DNA of 51,200 nt from Candidatus Saccharibacteria bacterium UBA1949 (GTDB taxonomy: Bacteria; Patescibacteriota; Saccharimonadia; Saccharimonadales; Saccharimonadaceae), in contig DDER01000011.1 in NCBI GenBank assembly GCA_002336735.1, positions 186 through 51,385 on the forward strand. Direction: 5' to 3'. Positions 26,161 to 36,432 of the stretch are shown here, piece after piece; position 1 is the stretch's first letter; each line of letters opens with the position of its first letter. A program made the translations under genes and the position numbers. A model generated the notes under the pieces. It saw only the letters and a program-made list of their open reading frames with translations. It made no database searches and was not told the origin of the DNA.

Positions 26161-27072
26161 ATGGGGCTAACAATCAGCGAAATCAGAGATCGGACGACTA
26201 AGGCTCGACAGTTGATGCATCGCAGTCGAACGCAACATTTTGCGGTTGGTGCGTTCAATATTGACAATCAAGAAACATTGATTGCTATCTGTCGCGCTGC
26301 ACAAAAACTCAATGCCCCTGTAATGGTGGAAGTCGGCGAGACAGAGTACCGCGCGCTCGGGCTAGAGAATGTTCGCGATTTGGTGGATAATTATCGCGAC
26401 GAATATGGTGTCGAAATGTTTATGAATCTTGATCACGCACCAACGATCGATGACTGCAAGCGAGCCATCGATATCGGCTACGAGTTTATCCATATTGACA
26501 TATCGATGGAGAATCATGAGGCTAGTTTGCGCGAGATTATCGATGCGACCAAAGAAGTTGTGGCGTATGCGAGGTTTACCGGTGCGTTGGTTGAGAGCGA
26601 GCCGCATTATTTTGGAGGGTCTTCCAATGTTCATGAAGAAAAGATTGATTATGAAGAAATTAAGAAGACGTTTAGTACACCGGAGAGCGCCGAGTTTTTT
26701 GTGCATGAAACGGGTATTGATACATTTGCGGCTGCTATTGGTAATCTCCATGGCAAATATCCGGTACCAAAAAAGCTTGATCTTGAGCTATTGCAGGAAA
26801 TTCGCAATCGGCTTAGTTGCCAGATTAGTTTGCATGGAGGTAGTGGCACGCCGTTACATTATTTTGAGGATGCGGCACGGATCGGGGTTAGCAAAATCAA
26901 TATCAATAGTGATATGCGCTATGCCTTTCGAACAACACTTGAGAAGGCACTTGCCGAGCATCCTAATGAATACGCTGTTATCAAGCTGATGCCTGAGGTC
27001 TATGGAGCAGTGCAGGTAGTTATCGAAGAAAAAATCAAAGCGTTTGGCAGTATCGATCGGGCGGTGCGATGA
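26161..27072 (+). CDS. fba: class II fructose-bisphosphate aldolase
   Basis: AVGAFN, NLDH, IGNLHG, LHGGSG and KININ motifs. Confidence 0.93.
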   Translation: MGLTISEIRDRTTKARQLMHRSRTQHFAVGAFNIDNQETLIAICRAAQKLNAPVMVEVGETEYRALGLENVRDLVDNYRDEYGVEMFMNLDHAPTIDDCKRAIDIGYEFIHIDISMENHEASLREIIDATKEVVAYARFTGALVESEPHYFGGSSNVHEEKIDYEEIKKTFSTPESAEFFVHETGIDTFAAAIGNLHGKYPVPKKLDLELLQEIRNRLSCQISLHGGSGTPLHYFEDAARIGVSKININSDMRYAFRTTLEKALAEHPNEYAVIKLMPEVYGAVQVVIEEKIKAFGSIDRAVR

Positions 27073-28037
27073 AAACTCCACGAATTTTAGCTATCGGCAA
27101 GGCGACACAAGATGTTTTTATGAAAAGCGATGAGTTTGATCCTCATATCGAGGGCAAACATGCCTATACACATCTGCCGCTTGGTCTCAAAATGGAAGTC
27201 GAAGATGTGACATTTAGCACTGGTGGCAATGCAACCAATGTAGCTGTCACGCTCGCTCGCCAGGGGCTGAGGGCTGAGTATATGTGGGGGCTTGGCACTG
27301 ACCTTTCTTCGGAGGCGATCCTGACAAGTCTTGACCAGGAGGGGGTCGATACAGGTTATGTCATCCAAAAACCAGAATACCAGGCTGGATATTCGGTGGT
27401 CTTGATAGCAACTAGTGGTGAGCGCACGATCCTCAATCATCGCGGCAACTCTATTGGCGCTGACGGCAAGGGTCTGTCCATGGAGGCTGTTGCCAAAGCA
27501 GATTGGGTCTATCCGACATCGCTCGGATTTGGCGGCCTCGACCTACTGAGGTATATTATCGATCACGCCGAAAAGCATGATACTAGGGTCATGCTCAACC
27601 CTGCTGGCCCCGAGCTAGCACACCCTGCCAAGCTCAAAGCGCTACTCGAGAGTGTCGATGTGCTATGTCTCAATAAAGAAGAGGCCCAGTTGATTGTCAG
27701 TGGTCATACACTAGAGGAACTCGTGAGGCATGCGCTCAATCTTGTGCCTGTAGTGATCGTCAGCGATGGTCCTCGTGGCGTGGTAGCAAGCGATGGCAAG
27801 ACGATAGTACGGGCCGGCATGTATGAGAACGTGCCTGTTGTCGATCGCACAGGGGCGGGCGATGCGTTTGCGAGTGGGTTTCTCAGTCAATGGGCGCATG
27901 GCAGGACACTTCGGGAGTCTATTATTTTTGCTAGCGCCAACTCAACATCTGTCGTCAGTCGTATTGGAGCAAAGGACGGTATTTTGCATCAAGGAGTACG
28001 GTTGCACGATATGCCAATAGAAGAGTATCCGCTATGA
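27069..28037 (+). CDS. PfkB/ribokinase-family carbohydrate kinase
   Basis: GGNATNVA, GERTI, N.EEA and DRTGAGDAF motifs. Confidence 0.93.
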   Translation: MKTPRILAIGKATQDVFMKSDEFDPHIEGKHAYTHLPLGLKMEVEDVTFSTGGNATNVAVTLARQGLRAEYMWGLGTDLSSEAILTSLDQEGVDTGYVIQKPEYQAGYSVVLIATSGERTILNHRGNSIGADGKGLSMEAVAKADWVYPTSLGFGGLDLLRYIIDHAEKHDTRVMLNPAGPELAHPAKLKALLESVDVLCLNKEEAQLIVSGHTLEELVRHALNLVPVVIVSDGPRGVVASDGKTIVRAGMYENVPVVDRTGAGDAFASGFLSQWAHGRTLRESIIFASANSTSVVSRIGAKDGILHQGVRLHDMPIEEYPL

Positions 28038-28495
28038 CGCACAAACTTCGTCAACTTATGAGTTGTGATCACCCGTCCTTTGCTGTGACCATACGAGAAC
28101 TAGAACGATCAACTGGCCACGAGGGGATTGACGTACGGTTAATCGCGGACATATATCATCATGCTCATGTGGTAATGCGTCGGCTTGGACTAGATCCTAA
28201 TAATACGACCGCCCAGGAGTTGTACCGATCACTGGAAGCCCATAGGCATAACCCAGTACTATTTCGAGATACTGCGTATGTTGGGGTGTGTTACGACGGA
28301 GAAGTGGTGTCTTTTAATGTTGAAGATGTGGCGCATAACTATGACATGCCGTTTCACAAGCGATCGTTGCGTCATATGCGCCGAGAGCTCATCGGCGAGA
28401 TGGTACGGCGGTACCGTGAGCATCCGCGTACGCATGACTCGACAGTGGAGGATCATTTTGCGAGTATTCAATTAGTTTCAGGAGGGTCGCTATGA
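28034..28495 (+). CDS. hypothetical His-rich protein
   Basis: 153 aa, ATGA-coupled to both neighbours. Confidence 0.75.
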   Translation: MTHKLRQLMSCDHPSFAVTIRELERSTGHEGIDVRLIADIYHHAHVVMRRLGLDPNNTTAQELYRSLEAHRHNPVLFRDTAYVGVCYDGEVVSFNVEDVAHNYDMPFHKRSLRHMRRELIGEMVRRYREHPRTHDSTVEDHFASIQLVSGGSL

Positions 28496-29130
28496 AATAT
28501 CAGATATGTGTGTCAGGTGCCGCATCTGGCGTGACTGTCGAAACATCGCATCACATGGCGTTTGAGCTAGGTAAGGCAATTGCTGAAGCTGGCAAAACAT
28601 TATTGACTGGCGCCACGGTGGGATTGCCGCACTATGCCGCTATGGGAGCATTTAGCGTGCGCAGCGAAGGTCATGGAATCTCGGTCGGCTTTTCACCGGC
28701 CAGCTCATATCGAGAGCATGTCGCTGTGTATCGTCTGCCGACAAAAGAGTTTGACTACATAAACTTTACGAGTATGGAATATGTCGGACGAGATGTGCAT
28801 CTAGTGCGCAGTAGTGATGCGGTCATCACGGTGGGTGGGCGGATGGGTAGCCTGCATGAACTCGCGACGGCACTGGAAAGTCGCAAGGTCTGTGGTATAT
28901 TGCTCGGTAGCGGTGGTCTGGCTGATTTTTCTCAGGAATTATTTAAGAACATCCAAGCGCCGGGAGCCAAAGATGTCATCTATGATACGGATCCTAAGCG
29001 CCTAGTAGGGAAGGTGATTGCCGCCCTTGATCACAAATATGCTGATTTTAGTGAACCAGTTAATGCGCGAGTGCTAGCAAGCGGTGACCTGTTAAATCAT
29101 AGGTCGCCTCAGCCAAAACGAATGGGATAA
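28492..29130 (+). CDS. SLOG/LOG-family nucleotide-binding protein (TIGR00725-like)
   Basis: TGAT.G.P, R...LVRSSD and GG.MGSLHEL motifs. Confidence 0.8.
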   Translation: MKYQICVSGAASGVTVETSHHMAFELGKAIAEAGKTLLTGATVGLPHYAAMGAFSVRSEGHGISVGFSPASSYREHVAVYRLPTKEFDYINFTSMEYVGRDVHLVRSSDAVITVGGRMGSLHELATALESRKVCGILLGSGGLADFSQELFKNIQAPGAKDVIYDTDPKRLVGKVIAALDHKYADFSEPVNARVLASGDLLNHRSPQPKRMG

Positions 29131-29220
29131 TAGCACGCACACATACCGCTGAGCATGTAGTCACATATGAGATCATCGTTGCCGGCGGCATAAATAAAAA
29201 ATTCGAGGTATAATGGAAGG

Positions 29221-31185
29221 ATGAGTTCGTTTCGCCTCTCGTCTTCCTATCAACCGACCGGTGATCAGCCGGCGGCAATTGCTGCGCTGACGGACGGTCT
29301 GGACAAGCATCGCAAACAAACGCTTCTCGGCGTGACCGGATCAGGCAAGACATTTACGATGGCGAATATCATCGAGCAAGTCAATGTGCCAACCCTTGTG
29401 TTGGCTCACAACAAGACGCTAGCGGCACAACTGTTTAGTGAGTTTAAGGGGTTTTTCCCTGACAATGAAGTTCACTATTTTGTCAGTTATTTTGATTATT
29501 ATCAACCAGAAGCGTACATTGCAAGTAGCGATACATATATTGAAAAAGATTCTAAGATCAATGATGAGATCGATCGGTTGCGACATGCAGCGACCAGTGC
29601 CTTGCTGACACGACGCGATGTGATTATTGTAGCAAGCGTAAGCTGTATTTATGGTATTGGTTCGCCCGAGGATTATGCGAAGATGTCGATTGCTGTTGAG
29701 CGCGGCGAACGGCGGCTCCAAGATAAGTTTGTTCGTCAGCTGACTGATATCCAGTATCATCGCAATGATATCAGCTTCGAGCGTGGGACATTTCGCGTTA
29801 AGGGCGATGTTGTCGATGTATTTCCAGCTGGCCACGATAGCGCATATCGCATTGAATTTTTTGGAGATGAGGTTGAGCGCATTACCAATATTGACCATCT
29901 AACCGGTGAGATACTGGCAGAGCCTGACTCTGTCAAAATCTTTCCGTCAAGCCACTATGTTGCGCCAAAAGATAAAGTCAATCGAGCTATTGAGGGTATT
30001 AAGTTGGAGTATGATGAGCGAATAGCGTGGTTTGAAAAACATGACAAATATCTTGAGGCCCAGCGTCTTGCGCAACGAACAAAATATGATATCGAGATGC
30101 TTCAGGAGACAGGATTTGTCAAAGGTATCGAAAACTATAGTCGGTATCTGACCAGTCGTGAGCCTGGCGAGCAACCGGCTACGTTGCTCGATTATTTTTC
30201 AGATGATTTTTTGCTATTCGTCGATGAAAGTCATGTGACATTGCCGCAGGTGCGTGGCATGTACAATGGCGACCGAGCACGCAAGGAAGTATTGGTCGAG
30301 CATGGGTTCAGGCTGCCTAGTGCGCTTGATAATCGGCCGCTGACATTTGATGAATTTGATCGCCATATCAATCGTGCTATTTATGTCTCGGCAACGCCTG
30401 GAGATTACGAGCGGGATCAGACGCCTATGCCCATTGAACAGATTATTCGTCCAACAGGTTTGCTTGACCCAAAAATTGTGGTTCGTCCGTCTGAGCATCA
30501 GATTGATGATTTGATCGCAGAGATTAGAGATCGGACAACTAAGAGTGAGAGAGTGCTAGTCACGACTTTGACGAAACGCATGGCAGAGGATCTCACACAA
30601 CATCTGATCGATCTGGGAATTAAAACTGCCTATATCCATAGCGAGGTTGATACCCTCGATCGTGGGGATATTTTACGTGACTTGCGGCTCGGTGTCTATG
30701 ATGTACTGGTGGGGATCAACTTATTGCGCGAAGGGCTTGATTTGCCAGAGGTCAGCCTGGTGGCTATTATCGATGCCGATAAGGAAGGGTTTCTCCGCAG
30801 TACAAGCGCGCTGATTCAGACTATCGGTCGAGCCGCGCGCCATGAGCATGGACAGGTGATTATGTACGGTGATCATATGACAGACAGTATGCGGCGAGCG
30901 ATTGATGAGACAAATCGACGTCGAGCAATTCAGCAGGAGTATAATCAACGGCATAACATCATTCCGACTAGTGTTGCCAAGGCTATTGGTGAAGGCCTGC
31001 GAGCGATTATCCCGCATAAAGAGGATGAGAAAAAAGGTACAATCAATCTGAACAAAATACCGCGTGATGAATACCCTGGCCTTATCAAAGACCTGACGGG
31101 GCAGATGAAGCTCGCCAGTGCTAATCTGGAGTTTGAGCGTGCTGCTGAGCTGCGCGATTTGATTGATCAAATTACCTCGAGATAG
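29221..31185 (+). CDS. uvrB: excinuclease ABC subunit B
   Basis: [25 protein letters not shown] and INLLREGLD motifs; C-terminal UVR domain. Confidence 0.98.
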   Translation: MSSFRLSSSYQPTGDQPAAIAALTDGLDKHRKQTLLGVTGSGKTFTMANIIEQVNVPTLVLAHNKTLAAQLFSEFKGFFPDNEVHYFVSYFDYYQPEAYIASSDTYIEKDSKINDEIDRLRHAATSALLTRRDVIIVASVSCIYGIGSPEDYAKMSIAVERGERRLQDKFVRQLTDIQYHRNDISFERGTFRVKGDVVDVFPAGHDSAYRIEFFGDEVERITNIDHLTGEILAEPDSVKIFPSSHYVAPKDKVNRAIEGIKLEYDERIAWFEKHDKYLEAQRLAQRTKYDIEMLQETGFVKGIENYSRYLTSREPGEQPATLLDYFSDDFLLFVDESHVTLPQVRGMYNGDRARKEVLVEHGFRLPSALDNRPLTFDEFDRHINRAIYVSATPGDYERDQTPMPIEQIIRPTGLLDPKIVVRPSEHQIDDLIAEIRDRTTKSERVLVTTLTKRMAEDLTQHLIDLGIKTAYIHSEVDTLDRGDILRDLRLGVYDVLVGINLLREGLDLPEVSLVAIIDADKEGFLRSTSALIQTIGRAARHEHGQVIMYGDHMTDSMRRAIDETNRRRAIQQEYNQRHNIIPTSVAKAIGEGLRAIIPHKEDEKKGTINLNKIPRDEYPGLIKDLTGQMKLASANLEFERAAELRDLIDQITSR

Positions 31186-31187
31186 GA

Positions 31188-32951
31188 CTAGCGATCTTGT
31201 GAGAGAATCAGTACGGTGTATTTGTGCAAGGTAAACATTGCCGCGCCATCGATCTCGGTGTTACATTCTGAAATAGTCGTTTCGTGAAAATCATGGCTGT
31301 AGCCCTTCCAGCTGCTATTAAACCTCACTTGCCATTTACCAGCAATTGGCAGACGTATCCAATAATTTTCGTGGGTCTCGCCGCTGAAATTGGCAATCAC
31401 GAGCACATCATCACTAGGGCCGCCCTGATCCCAGCGATGATAGCCAATGATATTACTCTGATCATCCTCGTGAAACATCGCAATTGATTGCCCAAGTAGG
31501 CCAGCGGTGACGCCGGCAGTATTCAGGCGTAGTGCAATCAGATCTTTGTGTGCCTGTATGATACCGCCAAATCGTTCAATTTTCTCCCATTCCAGCAGTT
31601 GCCAATCATTAAAAGCACCTTCTTGCATAAACTCTTGACCTTGAAGCATCATCGGTATGCCCGGGCTAGTAATTGTCAGTGCACTTGCTAGAATTGTTCG
31701 TTGTCGGGCGATCACGCTACCGGGATTGCCGGGTGTTGCCGCTTCATTGAGGCGAACACGGCCATTGGCGGCCGTGTCATGTGAATCGCTAAAAGTGATG
31801 CGCTTAAATGCCGTATTGTTATATGTGTGCAGTAACTCGCTGCAAAAATCAACAATCACCGGCGTATTCATACCGAGTTTGTGCCTGATGGCGTGCGCAA
31901 AATTGAGCTGCCATTGCGCATCAAATCCACAACCATTTTCGTTGTGCGGCTTGGTGATATGTTCATTGCTGCTCGTATCTTCGGCGATCATGATTGCATC
32001 GGGCCGAATTTTGTGCGCTTCCCATGTGATGGCTTGCAGTAATGTCCAGGCATCATCAATATCGTACCTGGCATCATCGCTGCCGGTGGTATTACGCATA
32101 TAGGCTGTCGAGTCAAGCCTGATACCATCAATATGATATTCTTTGAGCCACATAACAACATTATCGATAATAAATTGCCGCACTTCTGGCCGGCCATAGT
32201 CTGGACGCCCGCCCCAGGGTGTATCGCCACGTTCGTCATTGTAAAAATAAATACCACCACGGCCATTTTCGCTCCAGCCGTCATATTGCCATAGATCAGT
32301 GTCAATAAAATGATTGTAAACAAGATCGAGAATCACGCCTATGCCACGCTGATGGCACGCTTTGACAAATTCCATGAGTCCATGACGGCCGCCGTACGCA
32401 TTTTCGACCGAAAAGATCGCATTAGTATTGTAGCCCCATCCATGACTGCGCGCCATACTTGTAACGGGCATTAACTCAATCATTGTGATGCCAAGATCCT
32501 TGAGATAATCAAGTTTTTCGATGGCATCATAGAAGGTGCCTTGCGTCGATGGATCTCGTCGATTAAATGTACCGATATGCATCTCATAAATAATTTGTCT
32601 TTCGTGTGGAATATTGACCGGTTGATCATTGTCCCATTTGTAATTATTGGCAACAATCACTGAATCACCGTTGTCTGATGTTGTTACAGCTTTGGCGCGT
32701 GGATCGTTGCGATGCAATATTTCTGTGCCAGTATCGATCAAAAACTTATAGGTTTGGCCCGCTTCTGCACCCTTGATTAGGACTGACCAGTATCCATCCG
32801 CTTCGGGCTGCATAGCAACCTGATTACTGGTATCGTAGGCGACATAGGGTGTGGCTACGGCGACAGATTTGGCAAATGGCGCCCAGACACGAAATTCAGC
32901 ACCGCTGCGAAATAGTGTGACCCCGAGGTGTTTTTTGACTTGATAACCCAT
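31188..32951 (-). CDS. GH13 alpha-amylase family enzyme with N-terminal CBM48 (branching enzyme/trehalohydrolase-like)
   Basis: FRVWAP, YEMHIGTF, WGYN, DLVYNH, DGIRLD, IAED and SHD catalytic motifs. Confidence 0.9.
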   Translation of the reverse strand: MGYQVKKHLGVTLFRSGAEFRVWAPFAKSVAVATPYVAYDTSNQVAMQPEADGYWSVLIKGAEAGQTYKFLIDTGTEILHRNDPRAKAVTTSDNGDSVIVANNYKWDNDQPVNIPHERQIIYEMHIGTFNRRDPSTQGTFYDAIEKLDYLKDLGITMIELMPVTSMARSHGWGYNTNAIFSVENAYGGRHGLMEFVKACHQRGIGVILDLVYNHFIDTDLWQYDGWSENGRGGIYFYNDERGDTPWGGRPDYGRPEVRQFIIDNVVMWLKEYHIDGIRLDSTAYMRNTTGSDDARYDIDDAWTLLQAITWEAHKIRPDAIMIAEDTSSNEHITKPHNENGCGFDAQWQLNFAHAIRHKLGMNTPVIVDFCSELLHTYNNTAFKRITFSDSHDTAANGRVRLNEAATPGNPGSVIARQRTILASALTITSPGIPMMLQGQEFMQEGAFNDWQLLEWEKIERFGGIIQAHKDLIALRLNTAGVTAGLLGQSIAMFHEDDQSNIIGYHRWDQGGPSDDVLVIANFSGETHENYWIRLPIAGKWQVRFNSSWKGYSHDFHETTISECNTEIDGAAMFTLHKYTVLILSQDR

Positions 32952-33078
32952 CTCCCATCAGTATGAAAGCATAAGCGATTTTATGCAAGGGGTGGCAGAT
33001 AAACTTGAGAGAAATCTTTACAAATATTTTTTGCCAGCCTATACTTGAACATATCATTAGCTAATTCGTGGGGTATAT

Positions 33079-35916
33079 ATGTCTCGATTTGCTGCCGTTT
33101 GTCTACGCATAGCTATAGTTTTCATTGTAGGTGTAAGTGTCTTCTCGATCAGCCAGCTCACCAATGCAGCCGCACCCACCTGGCTCTCTGGCCAACCGAC
33201 ACTTTTATCGCATGAGGAGCATGGACACCATGATGAGCCGCGGGTTGGATGTACTATGCAGACGATCAAGATAGCTGGACCATTTGATGACTACACGGAG
33301 GATAGATGTACTGGCGAAATGACCGGCATGCGATTCTCTGAGGATGCCAATACTATTTCATTCGGTAGCGATAGCAAGTTCTATGATTATCAGCCGCGTG
33401 ACAATTACATTTTCGATAAATTTGTTCCAAACACCAATCTTTTTATCCGTTGGTTGCTGACGAATCATTACAGCAAACAATCTAATCCACTAGTCATCTC
33501 GCGTAATGCTCCCCAGCATTTCATACGTCGCATCGAAGGGGCGCGTCAGCCCTATTATGAATATGACAAAAAAGCCGATTTTCGTTTCGTTGACAAAGAC
33601 AACCTCGCATGGCCTGTTACGTTTGGCGGTGACATTTCGAATAATGGGGAATGGATGGTTATCCAAGTGAGAGATGTTGGCATCGTACGGTTAAATCTCA
33701 AGACATTTGAGGCGCGGCAAGTCGCACCAGATATTGGCGATGTACCGTATAACCTGGCATATCGTCTTATTGATTTTGCTATCAGTAACGATGGACGCTA
33801 TATTGCGCTCAAGTCTACTCTCGGTACAAATAGTGAGCCGGGCGTCAATATTTACGACGTGAGTGGTACTTGTAGCCGGAGTCTTGCGGGCAAATCAATA
33901 AATGATCTTGACCTAAAAGCTGACACGCCAGTTTGTCCACACTATGAGATATCCGAGGATATCTACAAAGTAGCTCAGCCTACTGGAGCGAAATCTCAAG
34001 ACGCTACATCTCTCAACGGTATGAAATTCAACGATGATGCTACTGAGCTCACTTTTGAGTCGTATCTCAACTACGCCACCTACCGCTGGCAGCACATCAC
34101 TCTCGGCATGCCCGGCTACACCCGCCCGTCTAGCCTAGACTATCTGGCTCAAGGTGATTCACTCAGTAGTGGCGAGGGCGATACGACTATCAATCCTGCC
34201 ACCAACGCAAAATATTACCGTAACTACACAAACAACGAAGAGAATCTATCATCTGGTATCCCACGCGAGAAGTGTCACCTCAGCACACGTTCGTATCCGT
34301 ATCTGTTGGCTCGATCTATGAATTTGGCACTTGATAACCCTAAACAGTGGAACTCTGTAGCTTGCAGTGGTGCGACGACCACAGATATGCTACATATTTT
34401 ACCGAATCTCACCTATGGCGGCCAGGCCAAAGGGGGCAATTTCGTCAACACCACCAAGCCGCGTCTCGAAGGTTTCGCTAATATGTCGAGTTTGCAAACC
34501 AGTGCCCTCAATTCGATGATCCCTGGCCGTATCCAACAAATCGATTTCGTCAAAAGGTACAGACCAAAGACTATCACACTGACTGCAGGAGCAAATGATA
34601 TTGATTTTGGTGGAAAGATGAGGAATTGTACTATGCAAAATAGCACCTGTGATTGGTCTACTACTCAGAAATCTATACTTGGTAGTCAAATACAATCTAT
34701 GTATCCCCGTCTGGTTCGTCTTTACACCGGGCTAGCAAAAGCTGGCGATCAGCGTGCCAAAGTCTACGTGCTTGGCTATCCAGAATTCATCAGCGACACT
34801 ATACCAGCTAAGTGTAAACAGGGTATTGGCCAGCTCAATGACATAGAGCGCACCATGATTGCTCAATCTACTCGTTATCTCAATACTGTCATCAAAGCTG
34901 CAGCGAGCGCTGCAGGCGTCAAATATGTCGATATCTCCGCTGCTCTAGCAGGTAACAAGCTTTGTGAAGGCGACAGTCTCTATATGAATGGCTTCATCGA
35001 TTTTGCAGGTGTACGGACGATTGGCAACGCCTTGGCTTACGAAGTTCAAGAAGCCTTTCATCCTAACGATTATGGTCATATCAAGATAACCCAAAAAATC
35101 AAAAGTGAGCTCGGAGGTCAAAGTTTACTCACATATATGGGCTATCCTACCGCACCGGATGCAGATACAGCTATACCTGCCATTCCTGCAGAGTTTGGCG
35201 TTCCCTCCGCTGCCACTTCCAAGACAGAAGTTATGGTCGATCCTGTCGTCAAAAAGACCAATGCTGCCACTATCCTCCAGCCTATCTACACCTTCCGCCC
35301 CGGCTCTCAAGTCACCCGCACGCTTCGCTCTGATCCCACCGACCTTGGCACAGTGACCGCTACCGATACCGGTGCGCTCAAAGCCACCGTCATCATACCA
35401 TCTACCGTCCCTGCAGGCTACCACACCCTGATACTACGCGGCGAAACATACTCTGGCGAACCCCTCGAGCTTACTCAGAGTATTTTGGTAACAGGCACTA
35501 ATCCCTCTGATCTCGACGAAAACAACACCCCAGACACTACCCAAAAGTGTGGGCTTTTCATGCCAGTCTCTGGCAAAGATGCTGACTACGACGGCATCGA
35601 TGACGCCTGTGACCCACAAATCACCGAGCCCATCCTCTATATCGCTCGCAATGGTAATAAAACAAAAGGTGAAGATCCCACCAAACTCTATCTCTACCGC
35701 AACACCCTCGCCAGTACCCTCACTGGCGTCACCACCGACTATGTCAAAACTCCCGCCACTCACGAAACCCTCCTAGCCACTTCACTCACACCCGATACCC
35801 AAGCGGTGTATAATAAGCTCATGCTTATCCCAGACCCCAAAAACACTACCAAAAAGATCCCCATCATCCTCGCCAAAACTTCCTCTGGCATCTGCATCGC
35901 CCTTCAACCCAGCTAG
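33079..35916 (+). CDS. large secreted SGNH/GDSL hydrolase-domain protein
   Basis: Signal peptide, beta-propeller-like repeats (ISNNGEW, ISNDGRY), GDSLSSGEG, ACSGA, GAND and FHPN motifs, and DxDxDG Ca-binding-like motifs. Confidence 0.85.
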   Translation: MSRFAAVCLRIAIVFIVGVSVFSISQLTNAAAPTWLSGQPTLLSHEEHGHHDEPRVGCTMQTIKIAGPFDDYTEDRCTGEMTGMRFSEDANTISFGSDSKFYDYQPRDNYIFDKFVPNTNLFIRWLLTNHYSKQSNPLVISRNAPQHFIRRIEGARQPYYEYDKKADFRFVDKDNLAWPVTFGGDISNNGEWMVIQVRDVGIVRLNLKTFEARQVAPDIGDVPYNLAYRLIDFAISNDGRYIALKSTLGTNSEPGVNIYDVSGTCSRSLAGKSINDLDLKADTPVCPHYEISEDIYKVAQPTGAKSQDATSLNGMKFNDDATELTFESYLNYATYRWQHITLGMPGYTRPSSLDYLAQGDSLSSGEGDTTINPATNAKYYRNYTNNEENLSSGIPREKCHLSTRSYPYLLARSMNLALDNPKQWNSVACSGATTTDMLHILPNLTYGGQAKGGNFVNTTKPRLEGFANMSSLQTSALNSMIPGRIQQIDFVKRYRPKTITLTAGANDIDFGGKMRNCTMQNSTCDWSTTQKSILGSQIQSMYPRLVRLYTGLAKAGDQRAKVYVLGYPEFISDTIPAKCKQGIGQLNDIERTMIAQSTRYLNTVIKAAASAAGVKYVDISAALAGNKLCEGDSLYMNGFIDFAGVRTIGNALAYEVQEAFHPNDYGHIKITQKIKSELGGQSLLTYMGYPTAPDADTAIPAIPAEFGVPSAATSKTEVMVDPVVKKTNAATILQPIYTFRPGSQVTRTLRSDPTDLGTVTATDTGALKATVIIPSTVPAGYHTLILRGETYSGEPLELTQSILVTGTNPSDLDENNTPDTTQKCGLFMPVSGKDADYDGIDDACDPQITEPILYIARNGNKTKGEDPTKLYLYRNTLASTLTGVTTDYVKTPATHETLLATSLTPDTQAVYNKLMLIPDPKNTTKKIPIILAKTSSGICIALQPS

Positions 35917-36141
35917 CTCAACCTATAAATCACGCGGGTTTACCAAACTAAGCGTATGACCACTTAAGGCCAATACTTACGTCAGTAATGTAGCTGTATT
36001 TGGGCACTGCACGTTTTTCGAGTATAAGAGAAACTGTATATATTAGGACAGAATAGCGTAGGTTCAAGTAAGAAGCTGGTTATCTCACAATCTTCATTCT
36101 ATTGTGTCGAAGTGGTTATCGAATCTGCTACAATATACTAC

Positions 36142-36432
36142 ATGACAAAAGTCACGCGAGAAGATGTGCATCATCTGGCACAATTAAGTAGCTTGCAGCT
36201 TGATGAGCAAGAAGCTGATAATCTGCAGCAGGATCTTGAAGCGATCATCCGCCATATCGATCAGCTTGGCGAGCTAGATACCAGCGGTATAGAGCCGACC
36301 TATCAGGTGACAGGTCTTCAGAATGTTTGGCGTGATGATACGGTCGAGCCTCATCCAGTCGATCGTGATATACTACTCGATCTCGCACCTGAAACTGAAA
36401 ACTATCAGATCAAGGTACCCAAAGTCCTATGA
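36142..36432 (+). CDS. gatC: Asp/Glu-tRNA amidotransferase subunit C
   Basis: V.HLA.L..L, LDT.GIEPT, R.D and VPKVL motifs; TGcTACAAT 7 nt before the ATG. Confidence 0.95.
   Translation: MTKVTREDVHHLAQLSSLQLDEQEADNLQQDLEAIIRHIDQLGELDTSGIEPTYQVTGLQNVWRDDTVEPHPVDRDILLDLAPETENYQIKVPKVL

Noticed and set aside
25710-26267. 185-aa minus-strand ORF
   Set aside because: It overlaps the fba start and crosses two promoters; the 65-aa ORF with promoter and SD explains the region better.
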